Below, piece after piece: positions 28,092 through 42,756 of a stretch of DNA of 64,000 nucleotides; position 1 is the stretch's first letter; every line of letters starts with the position of its first letter. Position numbers and translations under genes: made by a program. Location: positions 161,882,001-161,946,000 of the forward strand of contig OZ024742.1 of NCBI GenBank assembly GCA_964016885.1. The letters run 5' to 3'. Source of the DNA: Eledone cirrhosa (taxonomy: Eukaryota). The notes under the pieces were generated by a model. The model worked only from the letters and a program-made list of their open reading frames with translations. It searched no databases and was not told the origin of the DNA.

Positions 28092-28408
28092 GTGTTTGTG
28101 TCTAAGTTCATGGCTGTCTAGGTAGTCAGTGTCGTAGGTAAGTCTAAGTAGGAGGCCCAGTTCGTCTGTGTCGACGTCGCAGAACTCCACCTCACTCTCA
28201 ATGATCATCTCCACACATCTTTTCACAGCAAAATCAATGTTAATGGATGGGTACAGTGACACCACATCGATGCTGCCTATTATGCAGTTGGATAGGTTCC
28301 TGTTTTTGTTGCACTCACTGATTCTGCTGAGGAGGTCCTCTGTACTGTCACATACATCTGAGGACATCTTGATTATGGGGCGTATAACCATTGAGAGGAA
28401 GTAGGAGA
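28092..28408 (-). pseudogene. PLE RT fragment (first catalytic Asp motif)
   Basis: STEDLL...IIGSIDVVSLYPSI. Confidence 0.8.
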
Positions 28409-29260
28409 TACTTGCAGAAACATGACAACAACATACATAGGTGAGACAGCTCGTAGCATAGGTGAAAGGATAGACCAACACTGGGGGGAACTAAACGGAC
28501 GAAAAAACGGGTCAGTACTATACGAACATGCTAGACAACAACATGACGGTAAAATAGACAATATAGAAATTAGAATAATATCTAAACATAGAAATGACCC
28601 AGCAGATAGGCAAATCAGAGAGGCCAGTGAAATAGAAATTAGAAGACCAAGGTTAAACAGAAAGAATGAATGGAATAACAACAACACCCAAACAAACAAC
28701 ACTGACCTAAGAGAAGTATAAATAAGTAAATAAAATAAAATAAACAAATAAATAAATAAATAAATACCTACACAAGCACAATAACAACAAGCACATAAAC
28801 ACACACTAGTCACCCATCACACAGCAAACAAAACACTATACACACACGCAAACGCATGCGCAAAGAAGACAAAATAAAATAAACAAACAAGCAAATAAAT
28901 AAATAAATATATATACAGACTGAATAAAAATGGCGAAGACATACAATACAACAGGAGGAAAATATAGCACCACTGACGATGTTGCAGATGTGCAACGAAA
29001 GATTTATGATAAACTATATATATATGTTTGTGTCTATATTGTATCTGTATTATTTTTGAACGTCGGTCAGTCAATGGCAACATTGAGGACCGAGTAAGTT
29101 AGATTACCGATATAAAAGACAGAAGCGAGAAGCGAAAACCAACCAAACAGTGAGTGTGTTCTGTTATTAATTCTGGCAATATTCACAAATATGACCCTCC
29201 CCAAGTATAACAATATTTGTTTCGACACACGATTTCATATAAAAAACCTCGCAAAACTAA
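28409..29260 (+). mobile_element. PLE family B GIY-YIG tail and pLTR
   Basis: YIGETARSIGER..H, RQIREA..I..RPRLN; HHR downstream. Confidence 0.88.
28968..29010 (+). ncRNA. Hammerhead ribozyme, family B (copies ~7792, ~32772, ~49322, ~53647, ~54765)
   Basis: CTGACGA-T-GTTGCA-GATG-TGCAAC-GAAA-GATT-TA; the copy at ~53680 has CTGATGA. Confidence 0.8.
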
Positions 29261-29264
29261 TATG

Positions 29265-29295
<31 letters not shown>

Positions 29296-29540
29296 GTATA
29301 TATATATGTATGTATATATATATGTATATATATATATATATGTATGTATGTATATATATATATATGTATGTATGTATATATATGTATGTATATATGTATA
29401 TATATGTATATATGTATACATATGTATATGTGTGTATGTATGTATATATATATATATGTATATATATATATGTATGTGTATATATGTATATATATGTATT
29501 TGTATATATATATATATATATACATATATGTATATATGTA

Positions 29541-29577
<37 letters not shown>

Positions 29578-29665
29578 GTATATATATATATGTATATATG
29601 TATATATATATATATGTATGTATGTGTGTATGTGTATATATATGTATGTATATATATATACATAC

Positions 29666-30252
29666 ATTGTGGTCAGCCCATAGTATTAAACTAACCACGG
29701 AGCTTGAGGCAATCCAGCGAAGCTACACCAAGAGGATTGCCAAGATGAGGGAGACAAGCTACTGGGAGAGGCTAAAAGAACTGAACCTCTACTCCTTGGA
29801 ACCAAGACAGGAGAGATACGCAGTGATCTACATGTGGAAAATCCTGGAGGGACTAGCAACGAAACTTTGGCATTGGGAGCTGGACAAACCGTCGAATAGG
29901 ACGTCACTGTGTGGTGCCAAAAGTCCCTTCTTCCACATCTAGAATAAGGAGCAGGTATTGTAATAGCCTGGGATTCAAGGGCCCTCAACTCTTCAACAAG
30001 CTGCCGAGGGATCTGAGAGACTTGCATGACGTGGAGGTGGATGTCTTCAAGAAACATCTCGACAACTTGTTATCCAAGATCCCGGATGAGCCCACAGCAA
30101 GACACGAGGGAAACGTAAGGGCAGCAGCAACAAACTCCCTCTTACACCAGTGGCCAACCTATACAGGCTGGAGATAAAATGTGTAGCAACAAGGGCGGTG
30201 CCCCAGCATGGTCTCAGCCGGATGGCTGAAACAGGTAAAAGAGTAAAAGAGT
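29666..30252 (+). mobile_element. 3' fragment of the LINE family at 8121-11778
   Basis: Matches 11188-11778; mirrored at 52413-53001. Confidence 0.9.
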
Positions 30253-30258
30253 ATATAA

Positions 30259-30359
<101 letters not shown>

Positions 30360-30469
30360 TATACATATATATATACATATACATATATATATACATATAT
30401 ATATACATATATATACATATATATATACAGATATATATACATATATATACATATATATATACATATATA

Positions 30470-32205
30470 TGAGAGACCCTTTGGATAGCGTAGACGCCGG
30501 ACCATACCCGCAAATATATACCCTGATCTGTCTTGAATATGCATGGCTGACGGAATATGGATAACACGACACCATCTAAGCTGGAACCTACCCCTACAAC
30601 AAACAAAGAGGGGACAGCCCTTCGTAATTGACCAGTCGCGTGTGTGCTTGGAGTTCGTGAGAGGAGGAGATATTAGCGAGAGACGCAATATACCACCCCA
30701 GTCAAATCCATACTGGTTTTTTTTTTACCAATATAGCATGTAAACCAATACATACTATGCAGCGAGACCTTGGATTTAGAACCGGCAGGCTGATCTATCG
30801 CAAACGCGTGCAATCCCCGAAACTAAAAGATCGAACGGACCACACCCAGCAACCACTAGCTATTTGATCCACAGGTACATTTCCCAGAGAGTCCACACAG
30901 CTGATAGTGAATCCCAGTTGATTCGTGAACTCTGAACTTTTAAACAAGACGAACTGTGCCTGGAGCTATGCAGATGACTACATGCGCACAATGGATATCG
31001 CACTCACAAGGTCACCTGTATTGTTCATCTTGCTGTATGTGTGTAAAGTATCCGTGCGTGAGATATCCCTGAGTACATTTTCTTGACTATTGATTGTTTG
31101 TTAATTAGGCAGGAATATATTATTATGTCTTTGTTAATCCTGTATTAATAATTTTATAATAATTTTTTGATAGTACATTATTAGATTACTGAAGCTACCT
31201 TATACCTTCTTAAAAATACATTTTATAATTATTGTCTTTTTGCTTATGCATTTTCTTACTTATCATTTTCTTTAATCTTGCCCAACTTGATAAGCTCTTT
31301 GAATTGCTCCCTAATTAAATTACTTAAATTACTTTATCTATTATACCTAAGTTGTATCTGTTGAAGCAGCCCTTTGAAAATTCCTCGGATATCCCAAATC
31401 CCGTAATTTTTAACTTTTAATTTGTAATTTTCCTCAATTCGTTTATATATATCTTTAAAGGCTCTCTAAAATTTTAATCCCTCGAAGGTTCTCTCGGAAG
31501 AGGTTCTTATTAAAATATTAAAGGGGCCTTTTCTGAGGGATTTTTTGAAGACTTTTTGAATTAACCTTTAATTGATTAGTTTCTTTCAACTTAGTAGGGA
31601 TTATCAAAACTTTGTAAATTTTCTGAAATTTTTTAACGTGATTTCTGGCGAAGGTTTTTTCTATCGGAAAAATATTTTTTTTTCTTTCGAAGGAATTTTT
31701 TAGGAAACTTTATATTTTTTTAGGAAACTTTATATTTTTATTTTTTTATTTATTTATTTTTTTAGTCTCTTAATCTCTTCTGGTTTGTTAGGTTTATTGG
31801 GGCTTATAAGCTTTATGCACTTATTGAGGGATTTTTTAAGGTGCTTCTACGAGATCTCAAGTCTCTTACTTTTAATGCGTAAATTATAAATTATCTAATT
31901 TTTAACCTTCAATCCCTGACTCTTAGGCCCTTTTCAAATTCTCTTAACTCCCCATAAACCTTCCCTTTTACAACTCCGACAACTAATATAAAAGAGCCCC
32001 CTAGAATATAGACCCCAAATATACAAGCGGAGCTGCTGATGTATACCACAATTTCAAACTGCTAATCTTGAGTGAAACGTTGATGTAAATAATGAACTTA
32101 CAATTACCTGTTATATGCCTTGAAAAGTCCATATGGTCGGAAAAAACGGCTGTCGGCAATAAACTTGTTATAATGTCATAATAGTTCCTTTGTTCTTTTT
32201 CATTA
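30470..32205. other. Unclassified segment, partly possible highly decayed retroelement; mirrored at 49925-52202
   Basis: Present in both palindrome arms; no clear ORF; faint degenerate HHR-like relic near 32105-32160. Confidence 0.35.
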
Positions 32206-32445
32206 ATATATATATACATATATATATATACATATATATATGCATATATATTTACATATATATATATACATATATATATACATATATATACATATATATA
32301 TACATATACATACATATATATATACATATATATACATATACATATATATATACATATATATATATACATATATATACATATATATATACATATATATATA
32401 CATATATATACATATATATATACATATGTATACATATATATGTAC

Positions 32446-32478
<33 letters not shown>

Positions 32479-32522
32479 CATATATATATACATATATATA
32501 TACATATATATACATATATATA

Positions 32523-32970
32523 TAGTTTTGCGAGGTTTTTTATATGAAATCGTGTGTCGAAACAAAAATTGTTATACTTGGGGAGGGTCAAATTTGTGTA
32601 ATATTTCCAGAATTAATAACAGAACACACTCACTGTTTGGTTGGTTTTCGCTTCTCGCTTCTGTCTTTTATATCGGTAATCTAACTTACTCGGTCCTCAA
32701 TGTTGCCATTGACTGACGGACGGTCAAAAATAATACAGATACAATATAGACACAAACACATATATATAGTTTATCATAAATCTTTCGTTGCACATCTGCA
32801 ACATCGTCAGTGGTGCTATCTTTTCCTCCTGTTGTATTGTATGTCTACGCCATTTTTATTCAGTCTGTCTATATATTTATTTATTTATTTGCTTGTTTGT
32901 TTATTTTATTTTGTCTTCTTTGCGCATGCGTTTGCGTGTGTGTATAGTGTTTTGTTTGCTGTGCGATGGG
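32523..32970 (-). mobile_element. PLE family B solo pLTR (mirror copy 49166-49613 +)
   Basis: Reverse complement homologue of 28812-29260. Confidence 0.88.
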
Positions 32971-33363
32971 TATATACATATACATATATATACATATACA
33001 TATAAATACATATATACATATATACATATATATATATATATACATATATACATATATATATATACATATATATATATACATATATATATATACATATATA
33101 TCTACACATATATATATATACATATATATATATATACATATATATATATACATATATATATACATATATATATACATATATATATATACATATATATATA
33201 TACATATATATATACATATATATATACATATATATATATACATATATATATATACATATATATATACACATATATATATACATATACATATATATATATA
33301 TACATATATATACATATATACATATATATATATACATATATACATATATACATATATATATAC

Positions 33364-33396
<33 letters not shown>

Positions 33397-33399
33397 CAT

Positions 33400-33524
33400 A
33401 AATTAATAAAAATAATGAATAAACAAAGAAACAGTTCCTTATATTAAAAATTTCATCATTTTACGATCGTTTCTAGGATATATATGTTAGTGTTGGTATG
33501 GATATCCTATAGATCTATGTAAAA
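33400..33524 (-). repeat. Family K pLTR-like fragment with degenerate HHR (copies 34197-34298, 47887-47988, 48615-48740)
   Basis: Minus strand TAGGATAT...ATATCCTA-GAAA-CGATCG-TA, but no CTGANGA box. Confidence 0.5.
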
Positions 33525-33535
33525 TATATATATAC

Positions 33536-33656
<121 letters not shown>

Positions 33657-33777
33657 CATAGTTTCCATTTGTTAATATCGTATATTTACTCCAAATAGTT
33701 GTCGTGTGCTTTATATCAGTTATAAAAATATTTGCTTGTTGTATACCAACAATTTAAATAGAACTTTTGCATATATA

Positions 33778-34078
33778 TCATCATCATCATTCGTCGACTA
33801 CTGTCGAGATGATAGATCTTACCCTCATGCCCCAGAATTCCCTGTCCCCCATCGCTGCCCCCAGGTCCTGTCTACTGATTCCCGTATCCCTAGAGATAAC
33901 GTCAGGGAATGACAGCTTCCTACTCCTAGTCAGACATCCCACCTTGTCTAAAGTCTATGGCAAACTCCCTCGAGCCTCTACCCTTCTAAAATCCTGGGGA
34001 GCTCAATTTGCTGGCCACTGTCACCATGCCAGCAATGAAATCATATCCGCTCTCTTGTTCTGGAACCCTGACTCCAGC
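33778..34078 (-). mobile_element. Short RTE-like LINE 3' end with internal 5' inversion and (GAT)n tail; mirrored at 48083-48384
   Basis: Minus strand [26 protein letters not shown] plus tail; plus strand [20 protein letters not shown]. Confidence 0.75.
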
Positions 34079-34097
34079 ATATATATACATATATATA

Positions 34098-34183
<86 letters not shown>

Positions 34184-34297
34184 TATATACATATATACAA
34201 AGAGACAGTTCCTTATATGAAAAAATTCATCATTTTACGATCGTTTCTAGGATATATATGTTAGTGTTGGTATGGATATCCTATAGATCTATGTAAA

Positions 34298-34342
<45 letters not shown>

Positions 34343-34375
34343 CACACATATATATATATATATACATATATATAC

Positions 34376-34417
<42 letters not shown>

Positions 34418-34436
34418 ATATATATACATATATATT

Positions 34437-34480
<44 letters not shown>

Positions 34481-34670
34481 TATACATATATATATATATA
34501 TACACATATATATATATACACATATATATATATACATATATATATATATACATATATATATATACATATATACATATATATACATATATATATACACATA
34601 TATATATATATACATACATATATATATATACATATATATATATACATACATATATACATATATATATATA

Positions 34671-34721
<51 letters not shown>

Positions 34722-34726
34722 ATATA

Positions 34727-34758
<32 letters not shown>

Positions 34759-34770
34759 CATATATATATA

Positions 34771-34816
<46 letters not shown>

Positions 34817-34856
34817 CATATACATATATATATACATATATATACATATATATACA

Positions 34857-34894
<38 letters not shown>

Positions 34895-34913
34895 CATATA
34901 TACATATATATAT

Positions 34914-34972
<59 letters not shown>

Positions 34973-34995
34973 TACATATAGACATATATATATAT

Positions 34996-35031
<36 letters not shown>

Positions 35032-35059
35032 TAATATATATTTATATATATATATATAT

Positions 35060-35711
35060 ATATTAATATATATTTATATTAACTTGTATTTCACGGCTCA
35101 GAAATGCTTCTTTCTTTGAGCTAATTAATTGTAAAGGACTGTTTGAGTTTATAACTCTAAATATAAATATAATATAATATTACGGCTCCTTTTGTTGAGC
35201 TAATTTTTAATCTCATATAAACGGCTGTTATTTCTAGCGCCATGAGTATGTGATAGCTAGTGAGCTGGGAAACCACGTGCGTTTGCGCTTGTACACCAGA
35301 CCTCCAAAAATATTTCGAGGTGAAACATCCTAATTTTCTGGATACCTGTTGATGAACACAGAAAATGGAATCTTTCAATTTTTTTATACTATCGTTGTGA
35401 AACTTATTTGGGTTTTGAAATTCAGATTTGTCTGCGGAACAGGTTTGGATTTTGAAATTTAAATGTGTCCAGGTATCACGTTTATTGCCAACATGAGTTT
35501 GTTTTTATTGATTTATTATTTTAAATCGAGACAGGCAAACAATATTTATTTGAATTAATTTATTTCATTCTAGCTAACTTCGTCTTTTACAATACAAACA
35601 CTTATGTGTTTATCATATATTAATTTATATTAACTTGTATTTCACGGCTCAGAAATGCTTCTTTCTTTGAGCTAATTAATTGTAAAGGACTGTTTGAGTT
35701 TATAACACTAA

Positions 35712-35795
<84 letters not shown>

Positions 35796-35990
35796 CATAT
35801 ATATATATACATATATTTCAATCTAGCTAACTTGGTCATTTACAATACAAACATAAATATGTTGGTATTTGTGTTTATCAAATATATTAATTCATATTAA
35901 CCTGTATTACACGGCTCAGAAATACTCTTTCTTCGAGCTATTTCATTGTAAAAGACTGCCTGAGATTTGAACTCATTATTATTGATTTAT
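35060..35990 (-). repeat. Family J units (mirror of 41310-42265)
   Basis: ~550-bp unit with ~90-bp terminal direct repeat plus a fragment of the 12227-type variant. Confidence 0.75.
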
Positions 35991-36045
35991 ATTGATTTAT
36001 ATATTGATTTATATATTGATTTATATATTGATTTATATATTGATT

Positions 36046-36076
<31 letters not shown>

Positions 36077-36191
36077 ACACATATATATACATATATATAC
36101 ATATACATATATTTATATATATATATACATATACATATATACATATATATATATATACATACATACATACATACATATATATATATATATA

Positions 36192-38015
36192 TGTAAAATT
36201 TCAGGTTATCAATAATGTAGTGATAATATATCGTTACGTTAGAGATGAACAGCGTACGTGCAGGTTTGCTCAACGAGTATAAATTATATTCCGGAGAAAT
36301 GTAGAAAGGATGAATATAAAATGAAAGTGCTTTTGTTAAAAAAGGAATTTATTAGGTGTTGACATATGTTTCTGTAACAGACCGAATACCTATGTATCGC
36401 TGCTTGCGTAATCATATAATGTTAGCAAGTATTCGATAGCAAATGTATAATCAGTTGTCACTTCTTCAGAGATTTTGGATAAACTGGATAAAATCAGAAA
36501 AATTGAAGTATTTATATTAGTAAAAGAGGAAGGAACAGAGGGGATAGTATATGACAGATGGTAAAATAATTTACTGCTAGACAAGTATATAATGGGTTTT
36601 TAATGAGAATACCATGAGTAAATCTAAATAAGAATTTTGGGAGTGCCAATTTTAATCTCTACTTGACCAACTGGACCGTGGACAGGGCTGGTCATTTGGT
36701 GCAGTAGTATTAATTATAAAGTGTCAATTGGGGAAGGGGGAGATTTCGATTGCTACTAAATAACATCAATGCTAGTAGCCAGCTGGTATATGCATTAGGG
36801 AATTGAATCAAGAAATCAGAAATCTCATTTTATCTATAGCAGTTTGTATTAAAAGGTAAATAATAGAAGAGTTGATAGAATTAAGACTAATAAAGAATGT
36901 TCATATCTATTTTGACAATCAAACGGGGATAGAGACAGGCGTTCAATCCTGGTAGTATTTATAATATGAAAATGTAGATTTTAAGCGATAGTTACAGTAT
37001 AACGATCGCTCTATTCTGTTATTTAATAAAATGTTTTTGGATTTCATAATACAAAATAATTCTACATTACATAATTTACAAAATTCCTGTCCATTGGAAT
37101 ATGGGGGGGGGGGGGGGCAGCCGCTATTATATCCCATTTTAGGTGAAATTGTTGGTTATTTTCACGCAGCTGCCAAGCCTTGTCTGCGAGTGTTGTTACA
37201 TAACGCTGGTTTTCATGTTTTATCGAATAACGATGTCTATAAAGGCGTGATTTGAAGGAGGTGGCTGTAGATCCCACATAGTACCACTTCTGTCTATCCG
37301 ATTCGATAGTACATTTGTATACGATGTTGCGTTCAAGACACTGATTGTTCAACGGACACATTCCTGGTTGGACACAGTTGCAATTATAATTTTGCGTTGT
37401 TGTATTGCCATGGATGGGTTGATGAGGTTGCTTATGTAGGACAGGATGTTGTTTGTTGTTTTGTGATGTTATAGCTAATGTTTTACGTGTATTGTTATGT
37501 GTTGGAAGGCGTTTATACAACCGTTTTGCGTTAAGCTTTTTTATATGTTGTTCAATATTAGGGGCGGTTGAATATGAAAGTCGAATAGTGTTAGGGTTTA
37601 AGATTTTATTATATTTATGTGATGTTGGAAAGTGTTTTCTAACTAATCGAAAGAATTTTGAGGGTAGATTGGTTTTAATAGAGTTGTTATAGACCGGGTT
37701 GTACCAGATATACTCCTTACATCGCCTTCTGTTTGGTGGTGTGCGACTATTATTGTGTCTATTGCGGTAGTGTATGTATGGTGGTGATTCTGTGCTATTT
37801 CTACTCCTATGTGATTTATTTTGGGTGTTTTGGTGACCTTTGACTTTATACTCTATATTATCTAGGTGACCGGCTTTCCTAAGTGCATCATCATAATACT
37901 CGGCATGTTCTTTGAAGGTTTGTTGGTTGGACGATAGGCGGGAGATCCTAAGAGAAACATTTCTAGGGATGGATTTAATTATAGAGAGTGGATGGTTAGA
38001 ACTCGTATTTACATA
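36192..38015 (-). mobile_element. Inverted 3' half (thumb, GIY-YIG, pLTR) of PLE family A
   Basis: Reverse complement of 39303-41120; ORF 37062-38024 (-). Confidence 0.92.
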
Positions 38016-38047
38016 ATTGAGCAACTAATTCAGCATACGCCTCTAAA

Positions 38048-40370
38048 ATGGAAAGGCACCAATTGGATATGTCGTTAAAAAACATACCTATTCAGGCAAA
38101 AAGGGAATATATTCTAGGTATGATACGAAGGACCAATGATTTTATTCGACGAATCAGATGGAAAACATTCCATTTTGACAAAAGCCGTATAAACCAAACA
38201 CCGGATCTTAACAAGGATAAATTTGGATTTAAATCATACAAGAACCCACCCTCAAACCCACTTTTGGATGCATTTGAACAAGACCTAATAGATATGATCA
38301 TGGAGATCAAATTTACAAAACGTAAGAACAATAAACTACAGAATGACATCACGGCACTGCTCAATAATCTAAAAAACGCCAATGGAATTATTGTTAGAGC
38401 AGACAAAACATCAAACGTATATACCATGGATATGGACACTTACAATAACTTCATCCGTAAGGAATTGCATAAAAAATACAGGAAAACTAATGAAGCCACA
38501 CTTAAAAACATCAACAACTCGGCATGTGATATTGTTAAAAAACTTTGTATTGACGATAGAACGCAACCCTTAACACCAGCTAAACCATCCTTCAACCTGA
38601 AGGACCACAAGGTAAACTTCGATACTAACCCTAATATTAGACTTATATGCCCCTCTAAATCTGATATAGGTAAAATTAGCAAATATATACTAGACAGAAT
38701 TATCCCCCAAGTTAAGGTTAAAGTAGAGATTAAACTATGGGGTAACACTCATGAAGCAATAAGATGGTTTAATAACATTACTGATAGGAAAAAATCGAAA
38801 TTTATTCAGTTTGATATTGATGAATATTATTCCTCAATTTCACCTGATACTCTACATGAAGCTCTTTCGTTCGCTAAAGATAATTCCGACCTTACGGATG
38901 CTGAAATTAAAATTATTATGGAAGCGAGAAAAACTATAGTTAAATTCGATGATAGCTACTGGGTTCGCAAAGATAGACCTTCTAATTTTGATATCACTAT
39001 GGGTTCTAATGATTCGGCGGAAGTAACAGATCTTGTGGGAATTTATATCACCCACAGATTACAAGGAAAATTCAAGGATCTCCACGGTGGAATTTTACCG
39101 TGACGATGCGCTCCTATTAGTTAAGCATATGAATAACCAGAATTTAGAAAGGATGCGTAAAAATATCAGAAAGCTTTTTAAGGAACTAGGATTAAATATT
39201 ACATTTGAATATAACCTCAAAGAGGTCAATTTCCTTGATGTTACTTTCAATCTCAATACAGATACGATTAAACCGTTCCATAAACCAAATGAGAACCTTA
39301 AATATGTAAATACGAGTTCTAACCATCCACTCTCTATAATTAAATCCATCCCTAGAAATGTTTCTCTTAGGATCTCCCGCCTATCGTCCAACCAACAAAC
39401 CTTCAAAGAACATGCCGAGTATTATGATGATGCACTTAGGAAAGCCGGTCACCTAGATAATATAGAGTATATAGTCAAAGATCACCAAAACACCCAAAAT
39501 AAATCACATAGGAGTAGAAATAGCACAGAATCACCACCATACATACACTACCGCAATAGACACAATAATAGTCGCACACCACCAAACAGAAGGCGATGTA
39601 AGGAGTATATCTGGTACAACCCGGTCTATAACAACTCTATTAAAACCAATCTACCCTCAAAATTCTTTCGATTAGTTAGAAAACACTTTCCAACATCACA
39701 TAAATATAATAAAATCTTAAACCCTAACACTATTCGACTTTCATATTCAACCGCCCCTAATATTGAACAACATATAAAAAAGCTTAACGCAAAACGGTTG
39801 TATAAACGCCTTCCAACACATAACAATACACGTAAAACATTAGCTATAACATCACAAAACAACAAACAACATCCTGTCCTACATAAGCAACCTCATCAAC
39901 CCATCCATGGCAATACAACAACGCAAAATTATAATTGCAACTGTGTCCAACCAGGAATGTGTCCGTTGAACAATCAGTGTCTTGAACGCAACATCGTATA
40001 CAAATGTACTATCGAATCGGATAGACAGAAGTGGTACTATGTGGGATCTACAGCCACCTCCTTCAAATCACGCCTTTATAGACATCGTTATTCGATAAAA
40101 CATGAAAACCAGCGTTATGTAACAACACTCGCAGACAAGGCTTGGCAGCTGCGTGAAAATAACCAACAATTTCACCTAAAATGGGATATAATAGCGGCTG
40201 CCCCCCCCCCATATTCCAATGGACAGGAATTTTGTAAATTATGTAATGTAGAATTATTTTGTATTATGAAATCCAAAAACATTTTATTAAATAACAGAAT
40301 AGAGCGATCGTTATACTGTAACTATCGCTTAAAATCTACATTTTCATATTATAAATACTACCAGGATTGA
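38048..40370 (+). pseudogene. Near-intact Naiad-like PLE ORF (RT and GIY-YIG), single frameshift at ~39093
   Basis: SLKNIPI..RIRWK, ADKT, RLICPSKSDIGKISK, FIQFDIDEYYSSI, FDITMGS.DSAEVTDLVG, GG/YRDD, CNC..CPL..CL, YVGST, CKLC, CNYR. Confidence 0.92.
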
Positions 40371-41236
40371 ACGCCTGTCTCTATCCCCGTTTGATTGTCA
40401 AAATAGATATGAACATTCTTTATTAGTCTTAATTCTATCAACTCTTCTATTATTTACCTTTTAATACAAACTGCTATAGATAAAATGAGATTTCTGATTT
40501 CTTGATTCAATTCCCTAATGCATATACCAGCTGGCTACTAGCATTGATGTTATTTAGTAGCAATCGAAATCTCCCCCTTCCCCAATTGACACTTTATAAT
40601 TAATACTACTGCACCAAATGACCAGCCCTGTCCACTGTCCAGTTGGTCAAGTAGAGATTAAAATTGGCACTCCCAAAATTCTTATTTAGATTTACTCATG
40701 GTATTCTCATTAAAAACCCATTATATACTTGTCTAGCAGTAAATTATTTTACCATCTGTCATATACTATCCCCTCTGTTCCTTCCTCTTTTACTAATATA
40801 AATACTTCAATTTTTCTGATTTTATCCAGTTTATCCAAAATCTCTGAAGAAGTGACAACTGATTATACATTTGCTATCGAATACTTGCTAACATTATATG
40901 ATTACGCAAGCAGCGATACATAGGTATTCGGTCTGTTACAGAAACATATGTCAACACCTAATAAATTCCTTTTTTAACAAAAGCACTTTCATTTTATATT
41001 CATCCTTTCTACATTTCTCCGGAATATAATTTATACTCGTTGAGCAAACCTGCACGTACGCTGTTCATCTCTAACGTAACGATATATTATCACTACATTA
41101 TTGATAACCTGAAATTTTACATATATATATATATATATGTATGTATGTATGTATGTATATATATATATATGTATATATGTATATGTATATATATATATAA
41201 ATATATGTATATGTATATATATGTATATATATGTGT

Positions 41237-41267
<31 letters not shown>

Positions 41268-41505
41268 AATCAATATATAAATCAATATATAAATCAATAT
41301 ATAAATCAATATAAATCAATAATAATGAGTTCAAATCTCAGGCAGTCTTTTACAATGAAATAGCTCGAAGAAAGAGTATTTCTGAGCCGTGTAATACAGG
41401 TTAATATGAATTAATATATTTGATAAACACAAATACCAACATATTTATGTTTGTATTGTAAATGACCAAGTTAGCTAGATTGAAATATATGTATATATAT
41501 ATATG

Positions 41506-41627
<122 letters not shown>

Positions 41628-42307
41628 GTGTTATAAACTCAAACAGTCCTTTACAATTAATTAGCTCAAAGAAAGAAGCATTTCTGAGCCGTGAAATACA
41701 AGTTAATATAAATTAATATATGATAAACACATAAGTGTTTGTATTGTAAAAGACGAAGTTAGCTAGAATGAAATAAATTAATTCAAATAAATATTGTTTG
41801 CCTGTCTCGATTTAAAATAATAAATCAATAAAAACAAACTCATGTTGGCAATAAACGTGATACCTGGACACATTTAAATTTCAAAATCCAAACCTGTTCC
41901 GCAGACAAATCTGAATTTCAAAACCCAAATAAGTTTCACAACGATAGTATAAAAAAATTGAAAGATTCCATTTTCTGTGTTCATCAACAGGTATCCAGAA
42001 AATTAGGATGTTTCACCTCGAAATATTTTTGGAGGTCTGGTGTACAAGCGCAAACGCACGTGGTTTCCCAGCTCACTAGCTATCACATACTCATGGCGCT
42101 AGAAATAACAGCCGTTTATATGAGATTAAAAATTAGCTCAACAAAAGGAGCCGTAATATTATATTATATTTATATTTAGAGTTATAAACTCAAACAGTCC
42201 TTTACAATTAATTAGCTCAAAGAAAGAAGCATTTCTGAGCCGTGAAATACAAGTTAATATAAATATATATTAATATATATATATATATATATAAATATAT
42301 ATTAATA

Positions 42308-42338
<31 letters not shown>

Positions 42339-42361
42339 ATATATATATATGTCTATATGTA

Positions 42362-42432
<71 letters not shown>

Positions 42433-42447
42433 ATATATATATATGTA

Positions 42448-42512
<65 letters not shown>

Positions 42513-42541
42513 GTATATATATGTATATATATATGTATATG

Positions 42542-42573
<32 letters not shown>

Positions 42574-42677
42574 TGTACATATATATATATATGTATATAT
42601 ATGTATATATATGTATATATATATATGTATATATATGTATATATATGTATATATATATATATCTATATATATATATG

Positions 42678-42756
<79 letters not shown>

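Noticed and set aside
31140-32000. Decayed PLE ORF on the minus strand
   Set aside because: Only vague motif resemblance with many stops; cannot be supported without a translated search.
33445-33524. Functional hammerhead in family K
   Set aside because: Has stem II, GAAA and a palindromic helix III but no CTGANGA core in any of four copies; kept only as a degenerate relic.
38048-40370. Selenocysteine recoding in the Naiad-like ORFs
   Set aside because: The TGA ending ORF 38048-39103 results from the frameshift; Cys motifs use normal codons and no SECIS was recognised.
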